Shown here one piece after another: positions 13,869 to 26,340 of a DNA stretch of 64,000 bases. Source of the stretch: Paraphysomonas bandaiensis (Eukaryota > Protista > Chrysophyceae); NCBI GenBank assembly GCA_965644295.1, contig CBFFRP010000058.1:124001-188000 (forward strand), in the 5' to 3' direction. Within the stretch, counting starts at the first letter, position 1; each line of letters opens with the position of its first letter. The position numbers and the translations under genes are program-made. Below the pieces are notes generated by a model. That model did no database searches. It was given only the letters and a program-made list of their open reading frames with translations, and was not told where the DNA came from.

Positions 13869-14800
13869 TTATGAAGATGACGGCTTCTTTTTAGTTTTCT
13901 TTTTCTTGGTAATGTCATGACCTGATCCAGACGAGGAAAGTCCACCTCTAGAGTCATTTGGACTGATTGTTTGTGGTTCATGTAACGGAAAATGTTCATT
14001 GGAATTGGCCCTGGCTAGAGCAGACTCCAGGTCTCCGAAAGCTGTTTCCTGGACCTGCTGAGCAGCTCGAAGCTTCTCCACCCACTCTCTTTCTTTCTTT
14101 TCCAGCTTCTTGACCAGCTTTTCAGCCCGTCGTGCCTCTGCTTCTTCTTCCTTCGCCCGTGCTTCGTAATATTCTTTAATTTTCTGTTCATGTAGACGCT
14201 TTTCCTCTTCCCTCTTTAGTCTTGCCTCATTCTCTCGTATTCTTACCTCACGACGCATCTCCTGCTTTCGTTTCACATCCATTGCTTTCATTTGAAGCAT
14301 TTCCTTCCGTAAATGCTGCTTTTCTTCTCTAATTTGATCAACATCATTTCTTTTCTTCCGAATTACGGCTTCGACTTGCTTCTTTTTAATAGATCGCGAC
14401 TGTTCTTCCATTTGAAAATTCTTTTTGTGAATTTCTTCACGTAGTTTTTGTTCTTCTGATGCAGCCTGCATCCACTCCTTGGTCCTACGCTCGTTCTCTT
14501 CCCTCATTGCAAGGATATCTAATGCACGTTCTTTGGTCTGGTCTACCTTCTTCCTAGCCCTTTCTTCTTCTTTTTGAAGAAGAGCAATGCGATTCCTGTG
14601 TACATAACATTAGAACTACGATAAGAGTTAAATGCAATAAAACTTGCATGAGTAATTGAGCATCATTAGCCGCCTGCTTTTTTCGATACTTATTAATCGA
14701 AATCTTCCTGTTGGAATTCAGACTATCTGATGAGTCTAACATTGCTTCCTCCTTACTTGGGGAAATATTAGGCAAAAATGAGTCAGTAATGATAAATAAG
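13869..14800 (-). CDS. Charged coiled-coil protein of unknown function; start uncertain
   Basis: Spliced KQAANDAQLLM|NRIALLQKEEERARKK joins into the E/K/R-rich ORF 13869..14507. Confidence 0.7.
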
Positions 14801-15143
14801 AGCTATCCAATGCGCAGGATAGTGAGCTAGTAAAATATCTACAAATACAATGATTCAATTCAAGATGTTTATTATGTTAAGTTTCCAATTGTTCATTAAT
14901 ATGTATGTATGTATGTATGTATAGACGACAGTTGAGAGCACTGCTCTGCTCTGTATATACAAGCATACATATTTTGCGAAACTGCCTTTGAGTTCAAACA
15001 CTGCTGCTGGTGACTTCGATTAGAAGGATAAAAGGTTGTATTATTGGGATCAATCGAGTTATATGGATAGATTCGTATCTTCAACAGACATTCATTTGTG
15101 TTTTTTTGAATATACTACTGTACTGTATTCTTTGATACACTAC

Positions 15144-15423
15144 GCAAAGTACAACATACACTATACATATATATACTCTGTATACATATACATATACACA
15201 TACACCCAACAGCAGTACATAGACTTTATGTATAGGTATAGTGGCGTATCGGCATCCTTTGTATATTTTTGTTCAAAGATGCCGCAAAGTACAACATACA
15301 CTATACATATATATACTCTGTATACATATACATATACACATACACCCAACAGCAGTACATAGACTTTATGTATAGGTATAGTGGCGTATCGGCATCCTTT
15401 GTATATTTTTGTTCAAAGATGCC
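15144..15423. repeat. Perfect 140-bp tandem duplication
   Basis: 15144..15283 equals 15284..15423 (gcaaagtacaac...caaagatgcc). Confidence 0.92.
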
Positions 15424-15524
15424 TCTAATATTGAGACAACAATTATCTGTATTCTATCCGTAGTTATATCACAGTAATATAGAAAATATTTGCTTCAATA
15501 TATTTCCGAAAAATAAGATGCTGA
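15385..15524 (+). repeat. Promoter-proximal dispersed element, copy 2
   Basis: Same sequence as 7080..7216 and 50131..50267; its 5' 39 bp is also duplicated at 15245..15283. Confidence 0.85.
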
Positions 15525-15625
15525 CTGCTGTATATAGATATACAAAGCCATGACATATATATATATATATACCTATATGTCCCTCTAATATATACATATA
15601 TTAACCATATAAATAATTTTTCATC

Positions 15626-17003
15626 ATGAAACCTGATGAAAATAATAAAAATTATCAAATATTATGTAATATATTTACTGATGTACTTCATTTAACACAA
15701 AGAGATACGAAGTTACTTATTACATCATTAAATTATACATCATTACGTATAGTTGATATTAAATCTATTATAAGACAATGTCGTCAATATGGTTATATTA
15801 TTTCATTACGTGGAAATAAAACTGATCTTGTAAGATCATTAGAAGATTTAGTTTCAGATTTATTAAATGATTCTTCTGATGATGAAGATGATGATAATAC
15901 AATCAATCATACAGCAGATAATCAGACAACAGCTAATCATATGATCACTCAAGGATCACCTCAATTATATCGTACATATCCAACCGTTACCTCATCACCT
16001 CATTCATGGACATTATCTAATGCAATACAACAAGAAACACCAAGTCATTCTTCAACTGATCAATCATCTACTCCCCATATATCCTCATCTAATTCACGTA
16101 CACCTGATCTATTTATGGTTCATTTACTTAATACTCATAATCGTCGTGTATGTGATGAACTTATTGCATGTGGATGTCCACAGAATGAAATACGTAAAGC
16201 AGTATTACAATTGTATTCAAGGGGTGATTTATTTGATTTTGCACAACTCTTTAGTCATATAGCGATAGCAGTCGATCCAAGTCAATCAAATGAAGAATCA
16301 AATGTTTTAGCTGATGAACAAAAATATAATGAAGATCTTGATAAGGCAATCAGAGAAAGTGAACATGAACGAGATGCTATACAGGTATATAAAGATATTG
16401 TTTTTTGTTGTTACGAATACGTTATTTGATATCTATCCTGGTTAGGTCCGTAAGAGAAAACGTGATCAAGAACTGCTGGAGGACAACAATATATCCCTTC
16501 GTTATGTCGAAGAGTTTAGACTTTCGCACCTCCTCGGTCGTCGAGTTGCTTCTGAATCGGGCTGCAGCTATATTTTATGGGCCGTTGATCTACTTGATAA
16601 GGAGTCGATATCTCAGGATAGCGAACCGGCTCGCATGCCACTGTTAGATATAATTTCAACCCTACGTAAACATCTGGTTAATATGTTGAGTCTGGAAGCC
16701 AGGTCATACAAATGGTACAAAGACAGCGGCAGACCTTATTTTGTGGAGTTGTCGAAACGTCTAGATGCATCTTTCAATCCGGCCCCACTCCCTGGAAATT
16801 CTTCTGATGAATCCTGTATAAAGAAGGCAGGAGCATTGATAAAACTCTTAGAAACTGAAATAGAAGAACTTCAGAAAATTTTATTCTCTGTCCCAACATC
16901 TGCCGGAGCAGCTCCGCAGGCGTTTCGAGAGTTGGATTCAACAGGCTTGGGTGCACAGTATACGTATAGTTTAGAAGAGGATGGTATAGAAGTTATAGAG
17001 TAG
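15626..17003 (+). CDS. Protein with SAP-like, UBA-like and UIM-like motifs; spliced
   Basis: SLRIVDIKSIIRQC..LRGNKTDLVRSL (SAP-like), ELIACGCPQNEIRKAV (UBA-like), EDLDKAIRESE (UIM-like). GT-AG introns link to ORF 16635..17003. Confidence 0.6.
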
Positions 17004-17249
17004 GTAATTGTCACATTTTTTGAACCTGTGGATGTGTTTTGTTTTCAAGACTCTTTGTTTTGTGTAGCTCGTTTGCATTTCGGACGTACAGTTAATATTT
17101 TGCGCTGCTCGAGTAGACCATTAGCAGTTGATGTTGATATGATTGCCTCGACTCACATGATGATTTGTGTATATGAGCTGTGCCCGCATCAGCTGGTAAT
17201 AAGATATACGTAAACCATGAAACACTTCGAAGTGTATTTGGAATTTATT

Positions 17250-17331
17250 ATTGAAAGTCTTATTATTTAGCAATAGGCGTTAAAAACCTGCACCAATGTA
17301 GTGGCTAGTTGAATCCTAGACATACTATTTA
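17250..17331 (-). mobile_element. 5'-truncated retroposon fragment (3' end of family A) with 11-bp TSD
   Basis: Matches the family-A 3' end (25431.., 26341.., 43695.., 55510..) and is flanked by tggaatttatt at 17239-17249 and 17332-17342. Confidence 0.7.
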
Positions 17332-17733
17332 TGGAATTTATTGAAAATTGAAAGGCTTGTCTATTCGTAAGACTATGTATTCGGCAACTTAAAAGGGTTA
17401 ATATTGTTACATAAAATGAACTTATAGTAGAATATAAGTGCAGTGGAACTCATCAGTGATGTATGGCGACAAGAGCTTGACTTCTGAACTGACACGCAGT
17501 ATGAATGTACTGTTAAAATTAATTCATCTAAAATAACACATTTTTTAAAACTAAATTGGACTGTTATATTTAACCTCGGGTGATGTGGAACTTTTATCGT
17601 CATGATTAAAAGCCTAGCTATTTGTAGCGTGCTTGCTTGTTTGGTGTTTACTGATTAAGGTTAAGAAAAACAAATAAAATCAAAGTATTTTTCAAACTAT
17701 TGGTATTTATGTAAGAAAGTTACACTAGATCTA

Positions 17734-18060
17734 ATCCCCAAATTTCAATAATAGCTGCAACAAATGCATTCTTACCAAAGAAGGATGCTGTGGGAATAGC
17801 AACTACAAGGAATTGAATACGTACATATATGTGGTGATAGAAAGTGCAAAATTGTGTTTGCACAAACTTTTTTGTTGTATCATCATCACATTTATGCACA
17901 TCACGCTAAACCCCTGATAGTAATGCGGTGTGTATGATATGAGATATCAGGCACATAATCCTGATAACCCTAAAAAGACGGGGAGCCTGAAGCATGAAAC
18001 ATTTGAACTCTCCAGCAATATTCTTGAAGTAGTACTGTTGCGAAGTCCTGGCTTGAGGAA
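17734..18060. repeat. Dispersed repeat family B, copy 1
   Basis: Diverged inverted homology to 53415..53758 (e.g. catcatcacatttatg..acgct.a.cccctg; gtgtgtatgatatgag; cgaagtcctgg). Confidence 0.7.
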
Positions 18061-18648
18061 TAGGTCACTTGCATTGACAGTATTTGTTGAAAGTTGCTCA
18101 TTTTAAGCTATACCACAGAGAGAATTTGTCGTAAGACTAGATAGATTTATTAATAACATTTCAACGAAGTTGTGATAAACAACACTAACTCATTTTAATC
18201 CACGCATAATATCCTACATATGCGAACCTCTCGTTACTGAACATATCTTGAAAGATCAAACTATTTCAGTTTCTCAATATCATCACAACATTTGTACATC
18301 ACTATATTTCACTGTATTCTTGTACATTGTCTTCAAGTGACATTCTGAATATACTAGAATAAGATCCATATTCTAATAGTATTATGACCTTCTACACCAT
18401 CATACGAAGAATGGAATAAGGCTTGGAGTGTTGAAAATATTTCAGAACTATGATATTATAAAACAATTGTAAGTATTCGTTGGTCGAATACATACAACAA
18501 GGAAGTAAACCTAGAACAAAATTGTTCTAACAACTGAAATGAGTTCACTTCAACCACAACAATAGAAAAGCAAAACATAGAAGCACATCAATGTGCAACA
18601 TCACAAGCAACATAACATAATCACAACAAAACTACAGAATAACTTAAA

Positions 18649-21545
18649 TTAAAAGCTATTGCGAAGTCTTTCTCTAGCGTCTTCAACAGTGGCTCCTGGC
18701 AGAAAACAATTCATAATAGCCTCAAGCTTAACCCGTTTCATCGGTTTGGTGACCACCGCATCAGCACCCACATCTAAAAACTCTTGCACATCATCATCCA
18801 TGGCATTACCTGTGACCGCAATGATGCAACCCAGAAATCCTTTTTCACGAATAATTCGAGTGGCTTCGATACCATTCTGTTTTACCAAAATATCATTCGA
18901 TTGTAAACATTTATACATCAGCTGCCTCACCATTACTGGCATCGTGTAATCCATGAATATAAGATGTAAATCGCGATTTTCCTGGTACATTAAAGTTGCC
19001 TCTAACCCGTTTACTGCAGCCAATGATTTCACTTTGAATTGGGTAAGTAGCCGCTGGAGCATTTTCAAATTCGACGGTGTGTCTATTATACAAAAGTTAG
19101 AATAGTAACACGAGAACGGAATATCTACGCACCATCAACACACATCACACGCCAAGACTGCCTCTCAGGTAGTAACCCACGGTCTGCGGAGGCTATACTG
19201 CATGAATCTTCGTAAATGGGAGGCTCTGTCCATATAATATATTATCCACGATATAATTATCGTACTAAACCAACCTGGGTCACATGTTGCATTTATATTC
19301 CTCGAATTTACATCCTCAAAGCCATTCTTTATGTTGGAATCTGTGGTCATAGGTACTTCATTGGCAATTATTTGAGTGGTTGGTTTAGCAGGTACAATGC
19401 TCCTACTTTCAATCGCTGACATGGAATGCGACCCCCTATCCTCTAAGTATAGATAGTGTAAGCAGACAGGATTGAAGCAATAAGTACTTTTCCAAAATAC
19501 GCTCTAACACATGATACAATACAACAACGGAGTTTACAACAGTGCAAGTTTAACGTTCATAATCAATAATACAATACTAGCAGAGAATTTAACATTTTGT
19601 CATAGGCAACACCTGAAAGTGTGCATCCCTCTTTGATACAGCTCAGAGGAGTCACATCCGCATGGGCTGCTTGATGACGTAAGCTCCATGACAATTCCGA
19701 ACTTTCGTTTGTAAGGACAACATCGGTGTGTGTTGACCTGTTCGAATTGCACCTATTACTGTTGCCGTCTTGCTGCGGTTTTGACAAGCGTGAGTACACT
19801 ACATCTTTCTCGTGGGCATGAACTTGTATAGCACGAAATCGATTTTTTTTTAAAGGCCTACGCAATATTTCCCGGTCATCAACTCTACGCAGATTCAAGT
19901 TTATATTGAAAATTAAACAACCATTTGAAGAGGTTGATAGGTCAACCGTTCCGTTGTGCAGGGCAATTATTTCCTTTGCTATCACTGGAGATAAACCCGA
20001 GAAGCAATCACCAAAGATATCACCGATGAGTAGTGTACTATAAGGTTCAAAACAACAGCGTAGCTCATCCAGTGTCTTGCATGGGTGCTCCGTAGAAAAA
20101 GTTATAAAAATTCCAGTAGTTTCTTCGCTGGATGGACCTCCTTTACAGCTTCCTACTTCAGATGATACGTGAATAGAGATTTTGCTTCCTGCTTTCGAGC
20201 ATGTAATGGCGCTGTTTAACAAATTTACAAGCGCTCTCGTAAGGTAACAACGATCAGCTAGAACTATCTCTGGGAATACCGCCAACGGTGAGAGCTTCAA
20301 CTCAACGTTTCGAGCTGATATTATGCTAGATAATTGGCCGACGACATCTGTCCACACGTCTCTCATAACAACTTCGTGATGGTTCAATAGAAGATTACCC
20401 TCTTCAATTTGCTGCATCGTCAAATAGTCATTGAGTGCCTTTTCCAAGTAGGTAGTGGCGACCACCATGGTTTCAAAAGCTTCTCGTTTCGAGGCTGCAA
20501 CGTCTTCCTCTGACCTATCAGTGCGTAGAGAAGGCTCTGAAACAACATAATCCAAACTCATCGCAAGGGCATTCAGAGGGATACGAGTTTCATATAACAT
20601 GTATCGCACTAATGACCTCAAATGAGAATTGGCTTTGAAATGTATCTCTTGTTCTTCACTAACCGCATGCAAAATAGGTACATGTGCGTCGATGACAGTG
20701 AAGGCCATTAATCCTTTCCCAACAACATCAATCACTAAATAACTGACTAAAGCAGTGGTTGGAGTTAATGCACTGTTCGCCGCAAGGACGTAAACCACGA
20801 AAGATAAAGTCATTGTCACAATCACTACTACAAACAGATCCCGCAAAAGATATAGGCGGAACACTTCGTCATTGAATGCCTTATGACCAGCAGTCATATT
20901 CTTGTCGCACTTTTCCATGCTGACTTTGATGGAAAAATATACGAAGTACAGTGCAAACAAGAAGGAAATCAATCCCACGACAAAAAGAATTATTGTCCCG
21001 TAAATATCAATGCCATGAAATTGCATGGAAAACCCTGTTGCAATGGTCAAAAATATAGACATGATAGCCTTGATATCATCAGACGAGGGGGCCCTCCCAA
21101 ATTCAGGAACCAGTACCGTATACATCAATAACGGGACAGTGATAATCCATGAACACCAATTAGCCGCATAGGTAACAGCACTGTACATAGAATTATTACA
21201 GTAAATGAGTGTTATTGTTTTGATTTCTTACCCCCAGTTATCGATGCATATATTCTGATCAATGAGGGAGATTATATACGATATAACAGTGATAAGATTA
21301 ACAGTTAATATACTCATATTAATGTTCGAATATTTATCTGTATTACTGTATAAGAGATATCTTCTTAATTGACCAAGAATGATCATGCTTATCGCCCCTA
21401 TAGCGGCTGTAAGAGGCGTATTCATCCTATTAACATGTGTGTAATCATATCGACATATAGGTAGATCTGATATATGGATCAGAGTAGTTAATATGACGAA
21501 TAGACATACACAGATGATAGGAATATATACAGATGTGAATGACAT
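18649..21545 (-). CDS. Microbial rhodopsin-histidine kinase-receiver fusion, copy 1 (His->Tyr pseudokinase); spliced
   Basis: Exon 1 21545..21232, intron 21231..21181. Helix C YAANWCSWIITVPLLMYT, helix G YLVIDVVGKGL (retinal Lys), H-box RYMLYETRIPLN, degenerate HATPase, REC VMCVD|DTPSNLKML..FMDYTMP..VTGN..TKP. Confidence 0.85.
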
Positions 21546-22101
21546 TGTTTCAATTAAAGAATATTGTTCTATCTGTTATTCATAGTATGATATGATGATA
21601 TAATGATAGACTTATTGTAATAGTAGTCACTATACACTGTAAATTCATAGTAAATATATGAATTCATAGTAAATCATATCAACTTTTTCACTTCTTTTTA
21701 TGAAGTGTGTTCTTATTGAGTGGCCCTCCAACCTGCCTACTAAGCTAATTTTGACACTTCCACGTCAAATATTTTTATCTCAATACAACCACCTTTTTTT
21801 TTTGGAAAGATCTTGACATGTCTGTACAATTGCTGGTAGTACGATATATTGTACGTTTGTATGTAGATAGAAACGAGTATAACCCATAATAAAAACCCAT
21901 ACTTTCGACGTCATGTACGTACACTGTACATATGAACACACATCAATTTCATGGACAGTAAAGTCCATATATATATATATACATACGACTATATATATAT
22001 ACATGGTTATAGAATTGAGAATATAACGAGATTATTATTCATAATCAACATCCATTAAATAAGAATTCTCTATCATAATAATATCATTACAATCATTCAT
22101 T

Positions 22102-24944
22102 ATGAAACATATACATATTAAAGAGCATCCTTTACTACCATCACGTCCATTAATTATAACAACTAGTGCTATTATACTTTATATTATAATTACTATCCTA
22201 ATACATCATAAAGATTCATATATATGTCATCAAAATTATAAATATGCTGAATGGACTAATTCAGCTGTCATGACTGCTATTGGAGCCTTTAGTTTCTCAT
22301 GTATTATACAATTAAGACGACTTATATATGTTGCTATCTATGAAAATATTGATAGTTCATTCTATATTGTATTCAGTACATTAATTATTAATATTCTTGG
22401 TGGATTTTCTGTTGCACTTGAAAGAATTGATTCGAATCTTTGTGAAGATCAATTTGGGTAAGTCTATAGGAAAATATTTATAGATTCTTTCTTCATATCT
22501 TTTACAGTGTAGTTACCTATGCGGCTAATTGGTGTTCATGGATTATCACTGTCCCGTTATTGATGTATACGGTACTGGTTCCTGAATTTGGGAGGGCCCC
22601 TTCGTCTGATGATATCAAGGCTATCGTATATATATTTTTGACCATTGCAACAGGGTTTTCCATGCAATTTCATGGCATTGATATTTACGGGACAGTAATT
22701 CTTTTTGTTATTAGCTCGTTTACCTTCGTGCTTGCCCTCCACTACATGCTTGTGTCTTACAAGGTGAGTGAGAAGCATTACAATGAGAAGGTAGATTCCA
22801 AAGGACAAGAGTGCAGAGAAGAGAAACATCGATTGGAGTTGAAGTACAAATTGTCGACCACTCTCGCTGTGGTAATGTGTCTCTTTCCAATTGTATACCT
22901 ATTGGCAATATTTGGCGTATTAAATCCAAACACTACTTTGATGAGCTATTTAGTACTGGATGTCGTTGCCAAAGGCTTCGTTGCCTTCACTGCCATGGAC
23001 TCGCACTTATCTGTTTTTTATTCAGTTAGAAGTGAGCTAGAGACACAAATCAAAGCAAATTACCGCAAGCGAGCATTCATGAGGTATATGTTTCATGAGA
23101 CTCGCATCCCATTGAATGCTCTTGCGATGAGTTTGGATTACTTTGTTTCTGAGTCAGCTATTTCTCAGCGCTTATCTGACCATACCAATACTGCATCGAA
23201 GGAAGCACTTGGTACCATGGTGGTCGCAACGGATTATTTGGAAGAGGCGCTCAATAGTTATCTGACCATGCAACAGATTGAAGAGGGTACCCTAGAAATG
23301 AACCTTCAGGAAGTGAATATGAGGGAAGTATGGGCTGATGTTGTTGATATTCTTTCGTGTAAGCTACAACCCAAAGGAATTAGTGTTGATCTAGCTTCCA
23401 ACTCAGTCTTCCCTGTTCAAGTGTTGGCCGATCGCCGCCAAATTACTTACGCAATCAAATGTCTTTTGAACTGTGCGATTTCCCGGTCCAGCTTTGGAAA
23501 TGTATTATCTGTTTCTTTCAGTAGTTTGCGTGGTACTCCGAGAAACAACGTTGTGAACCGTACAAGTCAGGATAAATATACTGTAGAAATTTCTTTTCAA
23601 GACTCCGGCAGTACGTTATCTGAAAAAGAGGTAGAACATTTTTTCGACCCGTATGGAGCGCTGTTTACGGGCGATATGCTGGGAGAGAGTGGCTCGGGTT
23701 TATCTCCTGCAATCGCTTATGAAATTATAGCTCTCCATAACGGTATTGTGGAACTCTCTGTCCCAAGTAGTGGTGGATTGGCGTATTCGATTAAGTTAAA
23801 TCTTCTTACTGTGGAAGAAAGAGTCGTAGCCGACAAACCCTCGAAGCGACGTGCGCCTCATTACTTTGACACGTCAAGCATGCGCAATACTTCTCGCGTC
23901 GGAGTTGCTCCAACGGCGTGCAAAACAGAGAAAACTGCGCGTATGGCTTCCAACGCGACCTCTTTGGAGGGTGAACCGGATGTCAAATTTCAATATACTG
24001 ATGAAACGCACAAATTTGAAGACACTGATATGAGTAACGTCATGTCACCTAGTATTACGACAGCTCAACATTCAGACCCAGATGATTCAAAGACGAAAAG
24101 AAGTGAGGACCTAGAAGAGGATAGTGCTAAAATGATTCCAGCCGATCAAACTACAAACATGTCCGTTTTGTCTATTGAAAAATCAAGAAATCCATCTACA
24201 TATGAGATGGTTTCTGCAGTCGAGGAGACTGTTGCAACGAATCCGGATGCATTGGGAGTTCATTTAGAAACAGGTGCCCCATGTTGATGATATTCCCACA
24301 CGATGCGTAGATAATATATGGCGTGCAGATGACATGACAGATTTGGTTAAAGATCACGGTACGAGAGTAGTAAGCACTGAAGGTGAAAGTAGAGCAGAAG
24401 GTATGAACAGTCGATTGTTGCCAGAAAAATCTGAGATGGGGGTAATGTGTGTCGATGGTAAGCTCGTAGCCCTTATAACACCAAGATGACTCAATAAAAT
24501 ACTCCAGACACACCGTCGAATTTGAAAATGCTCCAGCGTCTACTTACCCAATTCAAAGTGAAATCGTTGGCTGCAGTAAACGGGTTAGAGGCAACTTTAA
24601 TGTACCAGGAAAATCGTGATTTACATCTTATATTCATGGATTACACGATGCCAGTAATGGTGAGGCAGCTGATGTATAAATGTTTACAATCGAATGATAT
24701 TTTGGTAAAACAGAATGGTATCGAAGCCACTCGAATTATTCGTGAAAAAGGATTTCTGGGTTGCATCATTGCGGTCACAGGTAATGCCATGGATGATGAT
24801 GTGCAAGAGTTTTTAGATGTGGGTGCTGATGCGGTGGTCACCAAACCAATGAAACGGGTTAAGCTTGAGGCCATTCTTCAATGCTTTGTTATTGGGGAGA
24901 CTATAGACGTAGCTCGACAGAAATTACGTTGCATGCAAAAATAA
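22102..24944 (+). CDS. Microbial rhodopsin-histidine kinase-receiver fusion, copy 2; spliced
   Basis: Exon 1 22102..22457, intron 22458..22507. Helix C YAANWCSWIITVPLLMYT, helix F MCLFPIVY, helix G YLVLDVVAKGF, H-box RYMFHETRIPLN, G1 QDSG, G2 GSGLSPAIAYEIIALHNG. REC with introns 24458..24507 and 24660..24713. Confidence 0.9.
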
Positions 24945-25430
24945 GTGTTGCTCTGCTGTATATATCTCATTTTTGTATCGGCACAGTTGAACATCGATGT
25001 GTGATTATTAGTATTGTAGTTATGTACGTGAATTCTCCGAGATTCTTCGCAGTACATATAGTAGTTCCTGTTGTCTGCTGGTTTTTAAAAAAATTGCTAG
25101 CATTTCCATGTTAATGTTATGCGTGCGTGAAAGTTAAATGTGATTACTATATTTTGTGAACGAAACTCTTTACATACTGGGAGAAGTAATGCTGTAGTAA
25201 AATATAATATTGGCGTTTATTAAGACTTACATCATATTATTCTAAATTGAAGTATTTCTCTAGCAATACCAGGGCAATTCAATGATATTCCTAATTGCAA
25301 ACACGTAATTAACAAGGAGTGCAGAACCACCTCGCAAGAGATAATAGTACAAACGTTGGTGATTATTCAACAACGACGAAAAATATTAAGATATCAGTTA
25401 AGTCTTACTGTGACAGTTCAGTATGAAGTA

Positions 25431-25737
25431 TTGAAAGTCTTATCATTAGAAATACGCGTTAGAAACCTGCACCAACTTAGTAGCTAGATGAATGCTAAAC
25501 AAACTAGTTAGATCTCTACCTGTAACTAATTATCCTACTATTTAACTCTACGGAAGCTGCTTGTGGGTCCACTTCCGCTCTGAGTTCTTAAGGTGAACAT
25601 CCCGGATTCTTGACTTCAGCAGGCAGACCAATACCCCGGTTACCCCTCAGGTGGGCCCTGTTCCGGATGCCCTTGAGGTGGGCCCATTCCTAGATGCCTG
25701 TTTATTTGTCAGGGCCCAAATACGTCTACACAAGTGA
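25431..25737 (-). mobile_element. Family A short retroposon, 5'-truncated and internally deleted copy
   Basis: Reverse complement of tcacttgtgtagacg..gggcccacctcaagggcatccgg..cttaagaactca (as at 53951-54110), plus the family 3' end. Confidence 0.75.
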
Positions 25738-26340
25738 AGTATGAAGGTATATATCATAGGCATTGTAAATTCAATTTCATACGTATCATAGTATAGTTTT
25801 CTGACAGTCTTCTTCATTTGCGATGTAGAAGTCTCCATGAAAATAAATTTACAGTGCCTATAATGATATATAAGAAAACAATCAAACCTTAAAGTTGATG
25901 TGAGATTTTCATAAGTATTTTTACAGTAGATTTATATGAGAAGTAACAATAATATAATACAGTATTTTAGTAAAATATTTTAAAAATAATATATATAATT
26001 GATAATATACAACAACTAAATTATAACTAATATTAATACCGACTTCAAATAAGTACTTATATGAAACTTTTCCATATATATGAAACCTGGTGAAATCACG
26101 ATACCAGGTTTCATGATCACACCGACTTCGAACCGTTAGAAATGTTCTGTGACAACGTATGTTCATGGTAGCCACTATAAATTACGAATAATATGATGTG
26201 GAACAAAAATTGCCGGACTAGCTACGTAATATTTACTAGCTAGAAAGAAAACATAAATATATCTATCTATATTGACTGCACAGTAAATATAGATTCTTAT
26301 CCCGCAGTTCAATATATATATCTAACTAAGCTGATAACAG

